Below are positions 26,287 through 40,265 of a stretch of 64,000 nt of DNA, piece by piece (position 1 is the stretch's first letter; every line of letters starts with the position of its first letter). Made by a program: the position numbers and the translations under genes. The notes below the pieces were generated by a model. That model saw only the letters and a program-made list of their open reading frames with translations. It had not been told where the DNA came from and searched no databases. This DNA comes from Octopus vulgaris (lineage: Eukaryota): assembly GCA_951406725.2 (NCBI GenBank), contig OX597815.1, forward strand, positions 42,966,001-43,030,000, read 5' to 3'.

Positions 26287-26646
26287 TGAAATTCAAAATG
26301 GCTGACGACTTATTTCTTTATTAGGCATAAAGGCGCGAGCATAGAGGGGACGGCACGAGGACAGACAACACAAGTGGGGACATTAGATACAAAACGATGA
26401 ATGAAATGTTTATAATTATAAAATGAGGATGAACGTCCTACCTAAGTCTCCACTCCCAGGCAGTCACGTTTTTACTGTTCATTATCTGTTAGTTCATCAA
26501 ATTTTAATCGTTTAAATCAAATTTTCAACTCAAATTTAACATTACGCTTGAAACTCAAGAGTACCAACGAATTTAAATCAAACTGTCTTGACCCATACAT
26601 GTAATTCCCAATAAATTGGTTGAGTGCCCTTTTTTGTCCACTCACT

Positions 26647-26687
<41 letters not shown>

Positions 26688-26824
26688 CCCGTTATGTATA
26701 TGGGGGTGCTGGGATGCTGGGATGTAGAGAGAAAATTACTCAACTCAGTTAATAGAAAATGCGTATCGTTCGGCCTTTGGATACCGTATGTTTGAAACTG
26801 TAGTAATATACTTTCCCTTAATAT

Positions 26825-26886
<62 letters not shown>

Positions 26887-28487
26887 CATTACATCAATTT
26901 AAAATGTAGACCAATCTTCAGCTGCACAAAGACATATAATTTAATTAAATTAGAACAGATGGACACAGTATAATTATACCTAAAATCTCCAAGAAGTTAA
27001 GGAGATAGATAAAGAACATGTTGTACCTACAACAGCATAGCCGTAACTAAAAATTTTCAAGAAGACACTGCCTGTCACTGATTTTTTTTTTATGGGGTCA
27101 TTTTAAATTTATAGACTAGTTTATCAAATCCCTTGTATATTTAAGGCTGAGAGAAACAGAGGGCAGTATCTGTTTGGGATAGGGTTGAGGGAGTAGACGA
27201 ACATTCTAGATGGTAAAGTCATAAAAATCAAGATTTATTAGAAGCAATGTCATTAGGTTTAGTAAGGGAAAACTTAAAAACAAGATGTTAGCTTATAATT
27301 AAGGAGTCGCCCACTAACAGACTATTGATAATGAAACAGGGGAAGTTAAATACTTTAAAACAATGTGGCTATATTGTATACAGTTAAAGTTTAGGGTTCT
27401 TCAAAAGATTATTAAGAAGAATATTGTAACAAAAGGATAGAAATTTATGAATACTTTTGAGTATATATCAAACATTTACCACAATAGAGGGAGGAAAAGA
27501 AATTGTATAGAAATAGTTTAATATTTCTACATATTGTAGACGAGAAGTTGTAAATTCCTCGTTAGTTATCGTCCAACGGATCCTTACAATTCCACGTTAA
27601 ATTTTAGAGGCCTCCTACAACGCAACAGAGAGCACATAATTGCGTACCTGTCGGATCTTTCTGCATACAATCAAGCGATATGCATTACACTTACGTGGTT
27701 AAGCAAGCGGGGAAAATAAAACTCAAACCATGATGATATATATGTTTGATTTTAGCATTAATCGGCTGATGTTACGAAGTGACTCAAGGTCTGAGAGTTT
27801 TGTGCGTTGGCATTTATAGAACTGATTTCATACCTGATCCATTATTTTGAAACAAGTTTCCTAAGTGTCGACGCATGAAACTCTCGGCCCTTGAATCACC
27901 TCAATATGATTTTTTTTTTTTAATTGCAGATTTAAACAAATAATAAAGCAAGTTTATGCTTTCTAAATATATATTTGTATAAATAGTACATGAGAAAATT
28001 TGTTGTACATCTTAGAGACTAGTATTTTCTATTTTAATATATTATTTACGAGCTATTTGTATATATGTAGAACAAGTGGAAAAAAATCACACCCCTCTCC
28101 TCAAAAAGAAAGAAAAATGTATACATTATGAAGAAACATAAAACAACTTTAAATGAAGAAATTTAATTTTGAAAATTAACTTCTACCGATTATTTACAAA
28201 AACGTGTATGTGTGTGTACTGTTGTGTGTGTGTATGTGTGCGTACCATTGTGTGTGTATATGTGTGTGTGTGTATGTAACCAAATGGACGTCCATCTTTT
28301 TCGAAAGCCAGAATTCAGTTCTTCGATCAACCAAATTACCAACTGAATTAGTGCATTGTGTTGACACTTGCAGCATTGGCATAATCGCCAGACAGAATTG
28401 ATGTAACGCAACGTGTGTGTGTGTGTGACGGCTTGTACCTTTGTATTGCAGGTGCAATCTGATGTTTGTGGGTGTATATAAACTTAT

Positions 28488-28863
28488 GGAAGCTCTCCGT
28501 CGGTTACGACGACGAGGGTTCCGGTTGATGCGAATCAACGGAACAGCCTGCTCGTGAAATTAACGTGTAAATGGCTGAGCACTCCACAGACACGTGTACC
28601 CTTAACGTAGTTCTCGGGGATATTCAGCGTGACACAGAGAGTGACAAGGCCGGCCCTTTGAAATACAGAAACAGGAAGTAAGAGTGAGAGAAAGTTGTGG
28701 TGAAAGAGTACAGCAGGGATCACCACCATCCCCATGCCGGAGCCTCGTGGAGCTTTAGGTGTTTTCGCTCAATAAACACTCACAACGCCCGGTCTGGGAA
28801 TCGAAACCACGATCCTATGACCGCGAGTTCGCTGCCCTAACCACTGGGCCATTGCGCCTCCAC
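28488..28863 (-). mobile_element. Young tRNA-derived SINE (family 2) with 12-bp TSD
   Basis: GGCGCAATGGCCCAGTGGTTAGGGCAGCG head; TSD ATATAAACTTAT at 28476 and 28864. Confidence 0.85.
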
Positions 28864-29577
28864 ATATAAACTTATACAGACACACACACATGTATGTACT
28901 GTGTTGTGAGAAGTTTGCTTCCAAGCTACATGGTTCCGGGTTCAGTCCCAGAGCGTCGCACCTAGGATAAATGTCTGCTACTATAGTCTCGGGCCGACCA
29001 AAGCCTTGTGAGTGGATTTGGTAGGTGGAAACTTAAAGAAACCCGTCAAATGTGTATATATATGTGTTTGTTTGTGTATGTGTGTGCGTTAGTGTGTGTG
29101 TATGTCTTTGTGTCTGTTTGCCCCTCCACCCCCACCGTTTGACAACCGTTGTTGGTGTGTGCTTACGTCTCCGTAACTTAGCGTATCTGCAAGAATGGGT
29201 ACAGGGCTTTAAAAAAAAAGCCCTGGGGGCGATTTGTTAGAGTAAAACCCTTCAAGGCGGTGTCTCAGCATGGTCGCAGTCAAATGACTGAGACAAGGAA
29301 AAGATTAAAAAATACGCTCACCTATGCAGCGCACCTTGATGTATAGATACTATTCGTTAGTACTTTTTGTATACAAATTTAGTAAATCGAAGAATTTTTA
29401 TGAAATCGGGGAGAAAATTATAACCTATAAACTTAACAGCAGAAATTTCCGTTACTTATTCAATGGCAATATGTTTTTGGAATAGTTAATTTGTCTTTGG
29501 TTTACGTAAGGTTCTCATTAAATATTTCGTTCATTATTTACAATTGACGGATATTTGTCCTCATCTTGTTTGTTGTC

Positions 29578-29623
29578 AACACAACGTTTCGGCTGATATA
29601 CCCTCCAGCCTTCATCAGATGTC
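29578..29623 (-). ncRNA. Minimal hammerhead motif (same family as 35-80)
   Basis: GACAU-CUGAUGA-A-GGCUG..CAGCC-GAAAC-GUU-GUGUU. Confidence 0.65.
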
Positions 29624-29790
29624 TTGGGGAAATTTCAAACCTGGGTTTTCATTCCTAAGGTATTTTTCGATGATTTTATTATTATTATTATAATTATTCA
29701 TATTCCCACGGGCATATGACGCAGTGGTTACCACGGGCATATGGCGCGGGCTACTAACCCCAAGATTCCGAGTTCAATTCCAGGCGGTGA

Positions 29791-29825
<35 letters not shown>

Positions 29826-30074
29826 GTAATAATAATAATAATAATAACTCTCTATGTAATCCCAAGGTTTAAAACAAACTTTTTATTTATTTATTTATTT
29901 ATTTTTTTTTTTTAATGTATTAGACATTCACTAGTACAACACCAAAAAAACCCAAAAAAAAAACAAAAAAAACCCCCAAATATATGGCACAGAACTTCCA
30001 ACCTGTTGTCTCTTGAGGTCTCTGGGTGAGACTTGGAGCCAACTTGTACAGACATAAAGCAAAAGTCAAACATA

Positions 30075-30122
<48 letters not shown>

Positions 30123-30174
30123 CAACATCGAAAAATACCTTCGGAATGAGAACCCAGGCTCGAAATTTCCCCAA

Positions 30175-30220
30175 AACACCTGATGAACGTTGGAGCGTAT
30201 ATCAGCTGAAACGTTGTGTT
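30175..30220 (+). ncRNA. Minimal hammerhead motif, stem II partly broken
   Basis: AACAC-CUGAUGA-A-CGUUG..CAGCU-GAAAC-GUU-GUGUU. Confidence 0.55.
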
Positions 30221-30326
30221 GACAACAAACAAGATGAGGACAAATATCCGTCAATTGTAAATAATGTACATAATTCCTCATCTCTTAAATATAGAACTGT
30301 ATTTTCGTTCGTTTCTTTACTTTCAG

Positions 30327-30446
30327 CTGAGACAGTTATCAAATATGGTAGTAACTAGCAAGAAATGGAAGAAACTTCTGCATTACGGAAAATTAAGACT
30401 AAATGTGAGACATGACTGTTCGAAACAACTTCAAAGAGATATTGAA
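30327..30446 (+). CDS. Exon 5 (LRQLSNMVVTSKKWKKLLHYGKLRLNVRHDCSKQLQRDIE)
   Basis: TTTCTTTACTTTCAG acceptor, GTATTT donor (weaker), 120 nt, phase 0/0. Confidence 0.7.
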
Positions 30447-30518
30447 GTATTTGACTTCAAGCAACACGGTGTAAATATAAACTTTGACTCCCACCACACA
30501 CACACACACACATATATA

Positions 30519-31638
30519 CAGGGGTTGGACAAACTAATGGAAACACCTTAAAATTTCAAACAAATTTATTTTAATAGGGTAGGACCGCCTTTGACAGTAA
30601 TTAGAGTTTCAATTCTACGAGGTATTGACTCGTACTAAGTTTGAATTGTTTCCAAAGGAATTTTTGTCCATTCTTCAGCTAAAACAGTCTCCAGTTCTTG
30701 TAGTGATGATGGTGGAGGATATCGACTCCTTACTTGTTTTTGTAAAATGCACCATAAATGTTCAATAATACTGAGATCTGGGGACTGTGGTGGCCAGATA
30801 AGATGTTCGACTTCATTAGAATGTTCCTTGTGACATTTTGTTACTTTAGCTGTGTGAATTGGTGCAATATCATCCTGAAAGATTGCGTTTCTCTCTGGAA
30901 ACAGTTCTGCAACCATAAGATGAATTTCATCAGATAAAATGCTTAAATAGTCTTGACTATCAATTCTGCCATGGTCGGAAATAAGGTAAATGATGATTCG
31001 TCCAAGAAAATATCATTCTTCCATTGCTCTAGGGACCAACTCTGTAGGTTTTTACTTCACTCTAAACGCTTTACAACTTTTGAAAGTAGTGGCTTTCTGG
31101 TTGCAGCCCTCCTGTGAAATCCGACTTTGTGCAGATCCCGGCGAACAGTTGTTGTGGAAACTGGGCTCTCGAGTTGGTCATTAACCTCTGTCGTAATTTT
31201 GGGAGTTGTGTTTTTGTGATCCTTTCTAACAGTTCACGTCAGATTCCGATGGTCCCTATCTGAAAGTTTTGATTTTCTTCCAGAGTTTTGTTTCGACGAG
31301 AAGGTTTTTCCCTCTTTCTCAAAGGCAGTCATTACTTTCGAGACAGTAATTCTTGATACACCAAACATTTCGGCTGTTTTCATTACGCTAGCGCCTGCCA
31401 TACGAGCACCAACAATTTGACCTCTGTGAAAGTCTGATAAATCTGTTATTTGAATGAATTTTAATTATCTTTTTCTGATGATATCTGAAAAGAAACAACA
31501 ATTTTGGCCAAACATATTAAGCAACAGTAATAATAAATAAAAAAACATAAAACTAAACAAGCTTTTGGTGGTTTTATAGACATTTGAAAATTATAATGCT
31601 ATGATGCTAGGTGTTTCTATTATTTTGTCCAACCCCTG
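30519..31638 (-). mobile_element. Tc1-like DNA transposon (degenerate)
   Basis: TIRs CAGGGGTTGGACAAA..ATGGAAACACCT / AGGTGTTTCTATTATTTTGTCCAACCCCTG, TA TSDs, and IFQDDIAPIH..WPPQSPDLSIIEHLW. Confidence 0.9.
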
Positions 31639-31714
<76 letters not shown>

Positions 31715-32559
31715 TTTATAAATAATGGTCAAACAATATTGTTAGCCTAGTGTACCAACAGATTGCTTATGAAGTATTATTCTCTGATTGATAATCCCTC
31801 ACTATTATATATATATAAATATAACCATGTGTCTGTGTGTCGTGATTTGTTTTCGTGCTGTTTCTGCGTATTGACACAATGGGAGTTGCGACGAAAATGC
31901 AAACATTGTCGCGCAATGAATATAGACGGGTAAAATTAAGTGCTGTAATTACATGATGTACTGATGACGATTTGAATGACTAGAACAAAAGAAAGCACTT
32001 CTGAACTGCAGTTCAATAACGAAGCTAGTAAAATAGTGTCAGAAAAAAAAAGGATCCATCCATCCATCCATCCATCCATCCATCCATCTATCTATCCATC
32101 CATATATGCACTTACACTCACACACACACATGCATACATCAGTATGTATATGAGTATGTTCGTATGCATATGTGTGCATGTGTGGTGTGGTGTGGTGTGT
32201 GTGTGTGTGTGTGTTTTATGACGTGAGTTTTCCTTACAACAATGACCATAATCTATGTCAAACACTTCTAGTACACGGAATGAAATTAAATAAATTGGCA
32301 TATATGTACATACATTCATATCTGGTGGCACGCTCGTTGTATGTGTGAGCGCGCGCGTGTGTATATGCGTGTGATTAATAGGGAACGTTCGCAAACGAAG
32401 TCGAGATGGACTGTATATATTTGATTAGAAACTGAAATTTCTTCAGTTGTTACCGACACATACGCGCGCGCGCACATAATACCATGCAGTACAACATATG
32501 AATGTGACAAAGTTTGGTAAGTGCCATGTACGTAACTCTAGGTCTTTGACTTATTTTCT

Positions 32560-33247
32560 CCTACCGGACCTCACTACCGACAGCGACAAATGCAGAATGT
32601 GTGGCAAGTGGGGTGAAACGGTATGGTACATCGTTAGCGAATGATCGAAATTGGCACAACGCGAATTCAAAAGACGACATGACGATGGATGTGGCAAGAA
32701 TGATCCATTGGGAGCTCTGTGGAAATCACGGCCTACAATGAGCAAAGACGTGGTATGAGGAAAGCCCAGAAGGAGTCACTGAGAATGAAGATTGCAAAAT
32801 CCTGTGGGATGCAATGATTCAGTGCGATCCCTTGACTCAACATCGGAAACCGGACATTGCTGTGGTGAAAAAAAGCGGGGTGGAAAGGATGCATGATAAT
32901 CGACATAGCATGTCTCGGTGACAACCGGATCACAGAGACAGAAGAAGAAACTTTGAACAGCTATGGCTATTTGAAGTGGGAAATATGAAAGTTGTGGTCA
33001 ATGAGGTGAGTCGAGACGTGATACCAATAGTAATTGGCGCATTTGGAAGCATTAGCACTGAACTACCAACATGGCTCAAAAAGACAGGTATACATGTAAA
33101 AGTAGAACACCAACCAAAATCAGTATTGCTTGGAACTGCAGCAATTATTTGCAGGGCTCTTGAAGTAAACAAGTATCACCTTAATTTGTAGCTGTGGGCA
33201 ACTGATATTTTCCATCATACCCAGCGAAATAAGTTGAGATTTCATCA
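32560..33247 (+). mobile_element. Old R4/Dong-type LINE 3' fragment (zinc knuckle + restriction-like endonuclease)
   Basis: CRMCGKWGETV, RKPDI, IIDIAC and VIPIVIGAFG remnants; ends in (AAT)n. Confidence 0.7.
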
Positions 33248-33257
33248 AATAATAATA

Positions 33258-33307
<50 letters not shown>

Positions 33308-33311
<4 letters not shown>

Positions 33312-34996
33312 AAACCAAAGCCATACCCATTATAAGAGGAATATTTCAGGGAGACACGCTCTCTCCACTCCTTTTCTGCTTGGCACTGTCACCTCTATCG
33401 GATATGCTAAACAGAACTGGATGCGGATATAAGTGTTACGGCAAAAAGATCAACCACCTTTTGTATATGGATGACCTAAAACTATACGCTACAAATGACA
33501 AACAGCTGGGAACACTACTAAAGACAGTTCATGGAGTTACCAAAGAAATAGATATGAAATTTGGATTAGAGAAATGCACCAAAGTAACCCTGAAAAGAGG
33601 AAAACTAGTTAAGAGTAGCAACATCACACTAGATAAAACCAATGAAATAAAAGAATTAGACCAAAGCCAAACTTACAAATACTTAGGAATCCATGAACTA
33701 GATAAGACACAACACACACAAATGAAAGAGAAAATAAAAAAGAATATTATAGACGAGTTAGATCAATACTGAAAACAGAGCTCAATGTTTAAAAACAAGA
33801 TAATAGGTATCAACACTTTAGCCGTCCCAGTTATAAGTTACAGCTACAATATCCTTAACTGGACACTAAATGAACTGACCAAAATAGATAGGAAAACACG
33901 AAAAATAATGACAGGATCTAGGATGCATCACCCAAAATCTGACATAGAAAGGCTATATATACAACGTATAGATAGATGGTGGTAGAGGTCTTATACAGCT
34001 GGAAAACTACTATAAAATAACCACCATAGGACTGCAAAAATATCTACTTCAGAAGGAAGGAAAACTGATACAAATAGCGGCAAAACACGAGCAAAACAAA
34101 AAACTTTTCTCAGTATTTAAGGAAGCTGACAAATACAAACAAGAAATCATACCACCTAACAAATATGAAGAAGAAGAAGAAGAAGAAGAAGAAGAAGAAG
34201 AAGAAGAAGAAGAAGAAGAAGAAGAAGATCAACAAAAGCTATAAAACAAATGAAATCCAAACTAAAAATAGAACAGCAACGAACCATGATAAAACGATGG
34301 CAAGAAAAACCCCTTCGTGGCAAATACTGGACTAAACTAAACGCAAAAGAAATAGACAAAGAAAAATCCCCACAATGGTTGAGAAGCTCAGGACTCAAAG
34401 CAGAGACAGAAGGATTTTTAATTGCAGCACAAGACCAAAGCCTCCCCACCAGAAATTACCAAAAACATGTAATGAAAAGAAATATAACAAGCAACTGCAG
34501 AATATGTGGAGATGGACAAGAAACAATAAATCATATCCCATACTCTGGGATATGCCAATACACACAGATAGAGAAATTAAGGACAACAGACCAGATATAG
34601 TTGTCAGAGATCATGAAGAAAAAAAATGTTTTCTAATTGATGTATCAATACCAGCAGATGACAACGTGTCTCTAAAAGAAATGGAGAGACTTTCAAAATA
34701 CAAAGACCTGGAAATAGAGGTAACCAGAATGTGGAATCTAAAAACAGAAACAATTCCTATCATAGTAGGTGCATTAGGCATGATAAAATATTCAGACAAA
34801 TACATAACAAAAACACCAGGACTTACAAACACATATAACATGCAGAAAATTGCACTACTAGGCACTGCACACATCTTACGCAGAACACTTTCCATACAAT
34901 AACAATCAGAGCATCACAACAAATCACAGCACATACCCAAGGCACACAGAGCTGCGCTCGGTAGTGAAGTGAAAGCACGATATAAAAAATATACTA

Positions 34997-35000
<4 letters not shown>
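33308..35000 (+). mobile_element. 5'-truncated R4/Dong-clade LINE (RT + CCHC + restriction-like endonuclease) in (AAT)n
   Basis: RGIFQGDTLSPLLF, LLYMDDLKLY, AAQDQSL, CRICG..ETINH and RPDIVV..LIDVSIP..KYKDL..IPIIVGALG; (AAT)n on both sides. Confidence 0.9.
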
Positions 35001-35055
<55 letters not shown>

Positions 35056-35063
35056 TAATAATA

Positions 35064-35891
35064 TGCCCTGGTGTAGTATCAGGCAGTGGCTCTCATGGCT
35101 TCTGATAGTAACTGATTGGAAGTGTTATGTACTTTGTTTTGTCTTGGTATAAAAGATTGACTACAGCAAATATTCTGCTCAATACCATAGATTTGTTTGT
35201 CAGTTGCTTGACCTTAACCAGTTGACCATGTCCCTTAGTGGCTGACGATATGTGCACCTCTGATCACGAGCAGAAGTAGTGTGGGAGCATCATAGCCATC
35301 TGTTGAGAAGAATTCTTTGGGGTTTGGATAATTCACCTTTGGAAACATGGGTGTTTTGTTCAACATCCTTAAACAACCCTTATTCAGGGACCTTTTCAGC
35401 GGGGTGGGCTACTCGACCTGAAGAAAATTCTAACTGGGCCACACCTGCAAAGTTATGCGCTGTTTATATTGATATGAGATCACTATGTCGCGCACATATG
35501 GTTGTGATACATGTGCTTGGTGTACCCTTATCAGACGGGTAATCATGACGGGTATACTTGGCTTCGTATATTTTACCCTAGCGTCACTTTGATGGCATGC
35601 ACTGCTCTCTCACTCAGTAATAATAAATGCATTGATGCAGTATCAGGCAGTGGGTCTCATCGCTTCTGATCTTAACTGATTGGAAGTTTTTCAATGTATA
35701 TATCTTGTCTAGGGGCAAAAGATGAGCTACAGCAAATATTTTGCTCAATGCCACAGATTTGCCTGTTAGTTGTTTGACCTTAATCCGTTGAGCATGTCCC
35801 TTAGTGGCTGACGATATTTGCATCTCTGATCACGAGCGGTGTCTATTGGTACTCCAGTTTGACTGTGATGGCATGCGCTGCTCTCTTACTC
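35064..35891 (+). mobile_element. ~550-bp element (copy 5, 35064-35615) plus an internally deleted tandem copy
   Basis: Family sequence followed by a partial repeat at 35631-35891. Confidence 0.8.
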
Positions 35892-36004
35892 AATAATAAT
35901 AATATCAACATCAACAACAATAATAACAACAACAACAACAACAACAATAATAATAACAATGATGATAATAATAATAATAACAATGATGATGATGATGATG
36001 ATAA

Positions 36005-36498
36005 GATGGTATAAGCACACCTCAGAAAAGGTCTCAGAAAATAAGAAAGCGTCCATGCTCGAGGATACGTCAATACACAGAGACAGAGAAATCAAGGCTA
36101 ATGGACCAGATATCACCAAGAAAAAAATGCCTTCTAATCGATCTCTCAATACCAACAGATGACAATGTATCTTTAAAAGAAACAGAGAAACTCTCAAAAT
36201 AAAAATATCTGAAAATAGATGTAACTCGAATGTGGAGCCTAGAAGCAGAATCAATCCTTATAATAATAGGTGCATTAGGTGTGATTAAAAAGCATTCAGA
36301 CAAATACATAACCAAAACACCAGGACTTACGAATGTATATAACATACAGAAATAGTATTTATAGACACCACGCACATCCTACGTAAAGCACTTTCAATGT
36401 AGTGAAAAAAAGAGCACCACAACAAACCACAGCACGTACCCAAGGCACACAGAGCGGCGCTCGGTATGGCAGTGAAAGCACGTGGTAAACATAAACTA

Positions 36499-36500
<2 letters not shown>
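36005..36500 (+). mobile_element. Second 3' fragment of the same R4/Dong family
   Basis: Homologous to 34550-35000 including the 3' UTR ending ACTACTG+(AAT)n. Confidence 0.8.
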
Positions 36501-36542
<42 letters not shown>

Positions 36543-36550
36543 TAAAAATA

Positions 36551-36583
<33 letters not shown>

Positions 36584-36912
36584 CCTTGTCTTGCGAGTTA
36601 CTTGGTTACCCTGCCAGTGCTGATGCCACGTCAGAAGCATCGAATCCACACTGTAACGTGGTTGACATTTGGAAGGGCATCAAGCTATAAAAATCGTACC
36701 AAAACTAATCTCACCTGTGCTAGTGCCGCGTAAAAAGCACTGAGTCCACTCTGCAGAATAGTTGGTGTTAAGAAGGGCATCTAGCCGTAAAAACCCTACC
36801 AAAACAGACACAGCAACTTAGAGAAGTTTTTTTTTTTTACCTAGCCGGCTCCTGTCAACCATCTTATCCATGCATGACAGATGGACATTAAACGATGAAG
36901 ATGATGATGAGG

Positions 36913-36969
<57 letters not shown>

Positions 36970-37163
36970 GTAGCTTTGTACATCTTACTTAACTTGGATA
37001 TACTGTAGAAAGCCACAGAAATGCAGTATTCGTCTCGAGAAAGCATCTTGTATAGGCATATAGTTCTAAAAAGAAAAATGTCGGTATCAGACGAAAAGCG
37101 TCCAGCAGTGACATTAAGTATGATATACAGAATGCTATTGATAAATAACGAACGAACGAGCGA

Positions 37164-37198
<35 letters not shown>

Positions 37199-37246
37199 TA
37201 CATACATACATACATACATACATACATACGTACGTACGTACGTACG

Positions 37247-38260
37247 TACGTTGTCCGGAAAGTTCTGAGCGTTTTTGAGTTAAATCTTTTAACGCTTCTT
37301 TGAACTCAACTGAAACGTAAAACAGTTAAAACTTGGCATTGTTTAAAGTGGTAATGCAGCTCTTCTTTGTTCCTGACTAAAAATAGATTTATCTTTCATT
37401 CCGGTTATCCTTTATTGACATTTGAAATGGATAACCAAAAATTTCATATTCGCGTTGCAATGCTTTCCTCTTTTTAAGAAGAAGAAAAGGCTGCAAAGAC
37501 TTGCAAAAACATTTGTGAAGTTTATGGTGATGATGCTGTTGGTGAATCAACTGTTCGAAAGTAGTTTGCAGAATTTAAAGTTGAAGAGTTTAGCTCGGAA
37601 GATGACAGTCGCAGAGGAAGACCTTCAAATTTGGATGGAGATGTTTAGAAGGCAAAAATGGAAGAAAACTCAAATATCACGACTAGAGAATTTGCAGAGG
37701 AGTTGGAAGTTTCTAAAAGTACAGCTTATGAAAACCTAGTGAAGCTAGGATACATTTCTTGCTATAATGTATGGGTCCCTCACAAACTCTCAGAAAATAT
37801 TTGCTTGGACCGGTATTCCGTTTGTGATATGGTTTTGAAACGGAAAGAGAGCATGCCTTTTTTTTTATACAACTTGTAACTGGAGGTGAAAAATGGATTG
37901 TGTACGAAAACGTAGAGTGAAAAAGATCCTGGAGTTTGTGAAAGGATCCTCCAAAATAGCAACCAAAGACGAATGTCTATGCCAAAAAGGCTAAGCTTTG
38001 TGTTTAGTGGGATCATAAAGGCATTATTTATTTTTCCAGCTGGCTGGTCGGGGATTGCCAACAGGAAAGAGGTAGTGAGCCTACAAGAAACTGCCCAACC
38101 AAATGTATCTTTGATTACCCGAACAAGTCACATGAATTTGTCTGGGATCTCTTACCCGCCTACCATATTCTCCTGATGTTGCGTCATCCGACTACCACTT
38201 ATTTTTGTCTCTACAAAACTCATTGCAAAGAAAAACATTTAACGATTCAAAACTAGCCAA
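37247..38260 (+). mobile_element. mariner transposon fossil
   Basis: ICEVYGDDAV, RGRPS, WVPHKLSE, VTGGEKWIVY and PDVASSDYHLF remnants. Confidence 0.8.
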
Positions 38261-39492
38261 ATTTTATGTTGATGGAATTGGGGCATTGTTCACCGTTATA
38301 GACGTTGCACTTGCTAGTAGGAGTTACGAAATTGTACATGAAGGAAAAAAACATGTAAGATATTTTCTATTAGAAGTTCTTCAGACAGCGAATCAAATAA
38401 TTAGGTGCTTCACGAAGACACATCTTGTATTATTATAACTTGAACTACATACCACACACACAGACACACACACACACACACACACACACACAACATATAT
38501 ATATATGCACACACATATATATACACACGTGTATTTATTATATTTTATATATACACATGTATTTATTGGCGCTAGGAAGGGCATCCAGCCTAATAAACTA
38601 TGCCAAAACTTATATGGACCCTGCCAAACTATCCAACCCATGCTAGCATGGGAAATGGACGTTAAATGATGATGATGATGATGGTGATGTTGTTGATGAT
38701 GATGATGATGATGATGATGAGAAAGAGATTGAGAAAAAAACAAAGAAATGGAAAGTGGATAAAGTAGTAGATAAAGGTAGGTAAAGGGACTGAGAGAGAG
38801 GGGGGGGAGAGAATGGGCGACGAAGAGAGCAAAATACGATCTAAGAAAGAGTGGAAATGAGAAAGGAGCGTGTTGTTGACAGAAAATCACAGCCGTTTTC
38901 CAGAATTTTTTGTCAAAAGTAGCGTGACACAACATAGTGTAGTTTTGTATGTACTTGAAAAAAGAAAAGGAGAGAAAGAAGGTGAATAGTGAGAGATAGG
39001 GAGGCGGTGAAGAGAGAGATAGAAATTGAATATGATATTGAAAAGGTTATAATGTTGCCAAAATAATTTTCTGTATATGTGAAAGGATCCCTTAAATTAA
39101 TGATGTTTTCGTGCCAGTTGCCTGAAATGAATCTCCAAGCCTTTATTAACGTTTAATCAAAGCAGTTCTGCTGCCAAGTAAATGGAACTGGGAATATTAC
39201 GAATATTGTTAAAAGTAAAGCTTTGAATTATCAATGTGGCTATACATTCACTGTATTTTATACAGTCAATACAACGCCTGTGTTTTAATACTAGCATTTG
39301 TGTTAATGTCTCCCAAAGAAGAATTCAAAATCCACTTCATTGCATAAATGTGGTAAAATTCGTCGCTCGTAATTTCAATTTTCTTGAGTTATAAGATGTT
39401 TAATAACTGGCACAATATCACTGATAGTTGTAAATCTGTCACCTTCGTTTAGGCTAGTTTCTAATTAGTGTGGTTCTCTTGTCTGCTTTTAG

Positions 39493-39660
39493 AGAAGCTC
39501 GTCCAAACATCAAGATAAGCTGAAAACTATCTACGAAGAGAAATCGGGACGTGGAGAAGATATGGGCTCTATAGGTCTTGAACGAGATTTTGAACGATTT
39601 CAAGCACATATTGAAAAATTCCAAAAAAATATTAAAAAATGTGAAGAGAAACATAACGTG
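39493..39660 (+). CDS. Exon 6 (RSSSKHQDKLKTIYEEKSGRGEDMGSIGLERDFERFQAHIEKFQKNIKKCEEKHNV), coiled-coil-like
   Basis: CTGCTTTTAG acceptor, GTAAGT donor at 39661, 168 nt, phase 0/0. Confidence 0.8.
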
Positions 39661-40265
39661 GTAAGTGAAATTTCACCCAGGCTGGTGACGAATTATTCTG
39701 GTGTGGTGATCAATCTCTTCTTTTATTTACACATATACATTCTATAAAGATAAAATGCATATAGATGATATAAACATAGATTTTCTCACGTTCGTCGTCT
39801 TACGGAGTTGAGTAAATTATATATTGCCTATTACTATTGTTTTATTGATTTGCAAAAGACAGGAATTACGTGCTGCTTAACAGCAACAGTCAATGCTTAT
39901 GAAGGTCAGCAACCTGTGATTGGTAGAGACTAGATTTAAGTAGTACCAACACAGAAATATTCTGGACGCACATATATTACTAAGTCAAATTCGATAAAAA
40001 TGTAAACTTGATAATTTCTACATACATAAGGTTTGGCATTTATGTACGGAAACTATATAACCAAATACATATTAAAGGATATAAAACAACCCTTCTCTAC
40101 CTGACTCCCTGTCTGTCCGTTTCGCTCACACTCTCTTTGTCTCTGTCTCCCTGGCTATTTACACATACACATAATCCTGTATAAGTGAACACACTGGGAT
40201 TCAGAAATGGGAGAAAAATAAGCACTGGATATAGTAGCTTAATTATGATTAATATATTTAATAAT

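Larger units (their letters stand above)
29520..30300. mobile_element. Inverted pair of the tRNA/hammerhead Penelope-type element, with a secondary insertion at about 29849-30075
   Basis: 29520-29680 is the reverse complement of about 30120-30280; tRNA-like head at 29705-29790. Confidence 0.7.

Noticed and set aside
27560-27800. Possible Helitron helicase remnant on the - strand (QLYxxLxR-like)
   Set aside because: Too degenerate to support by eye.
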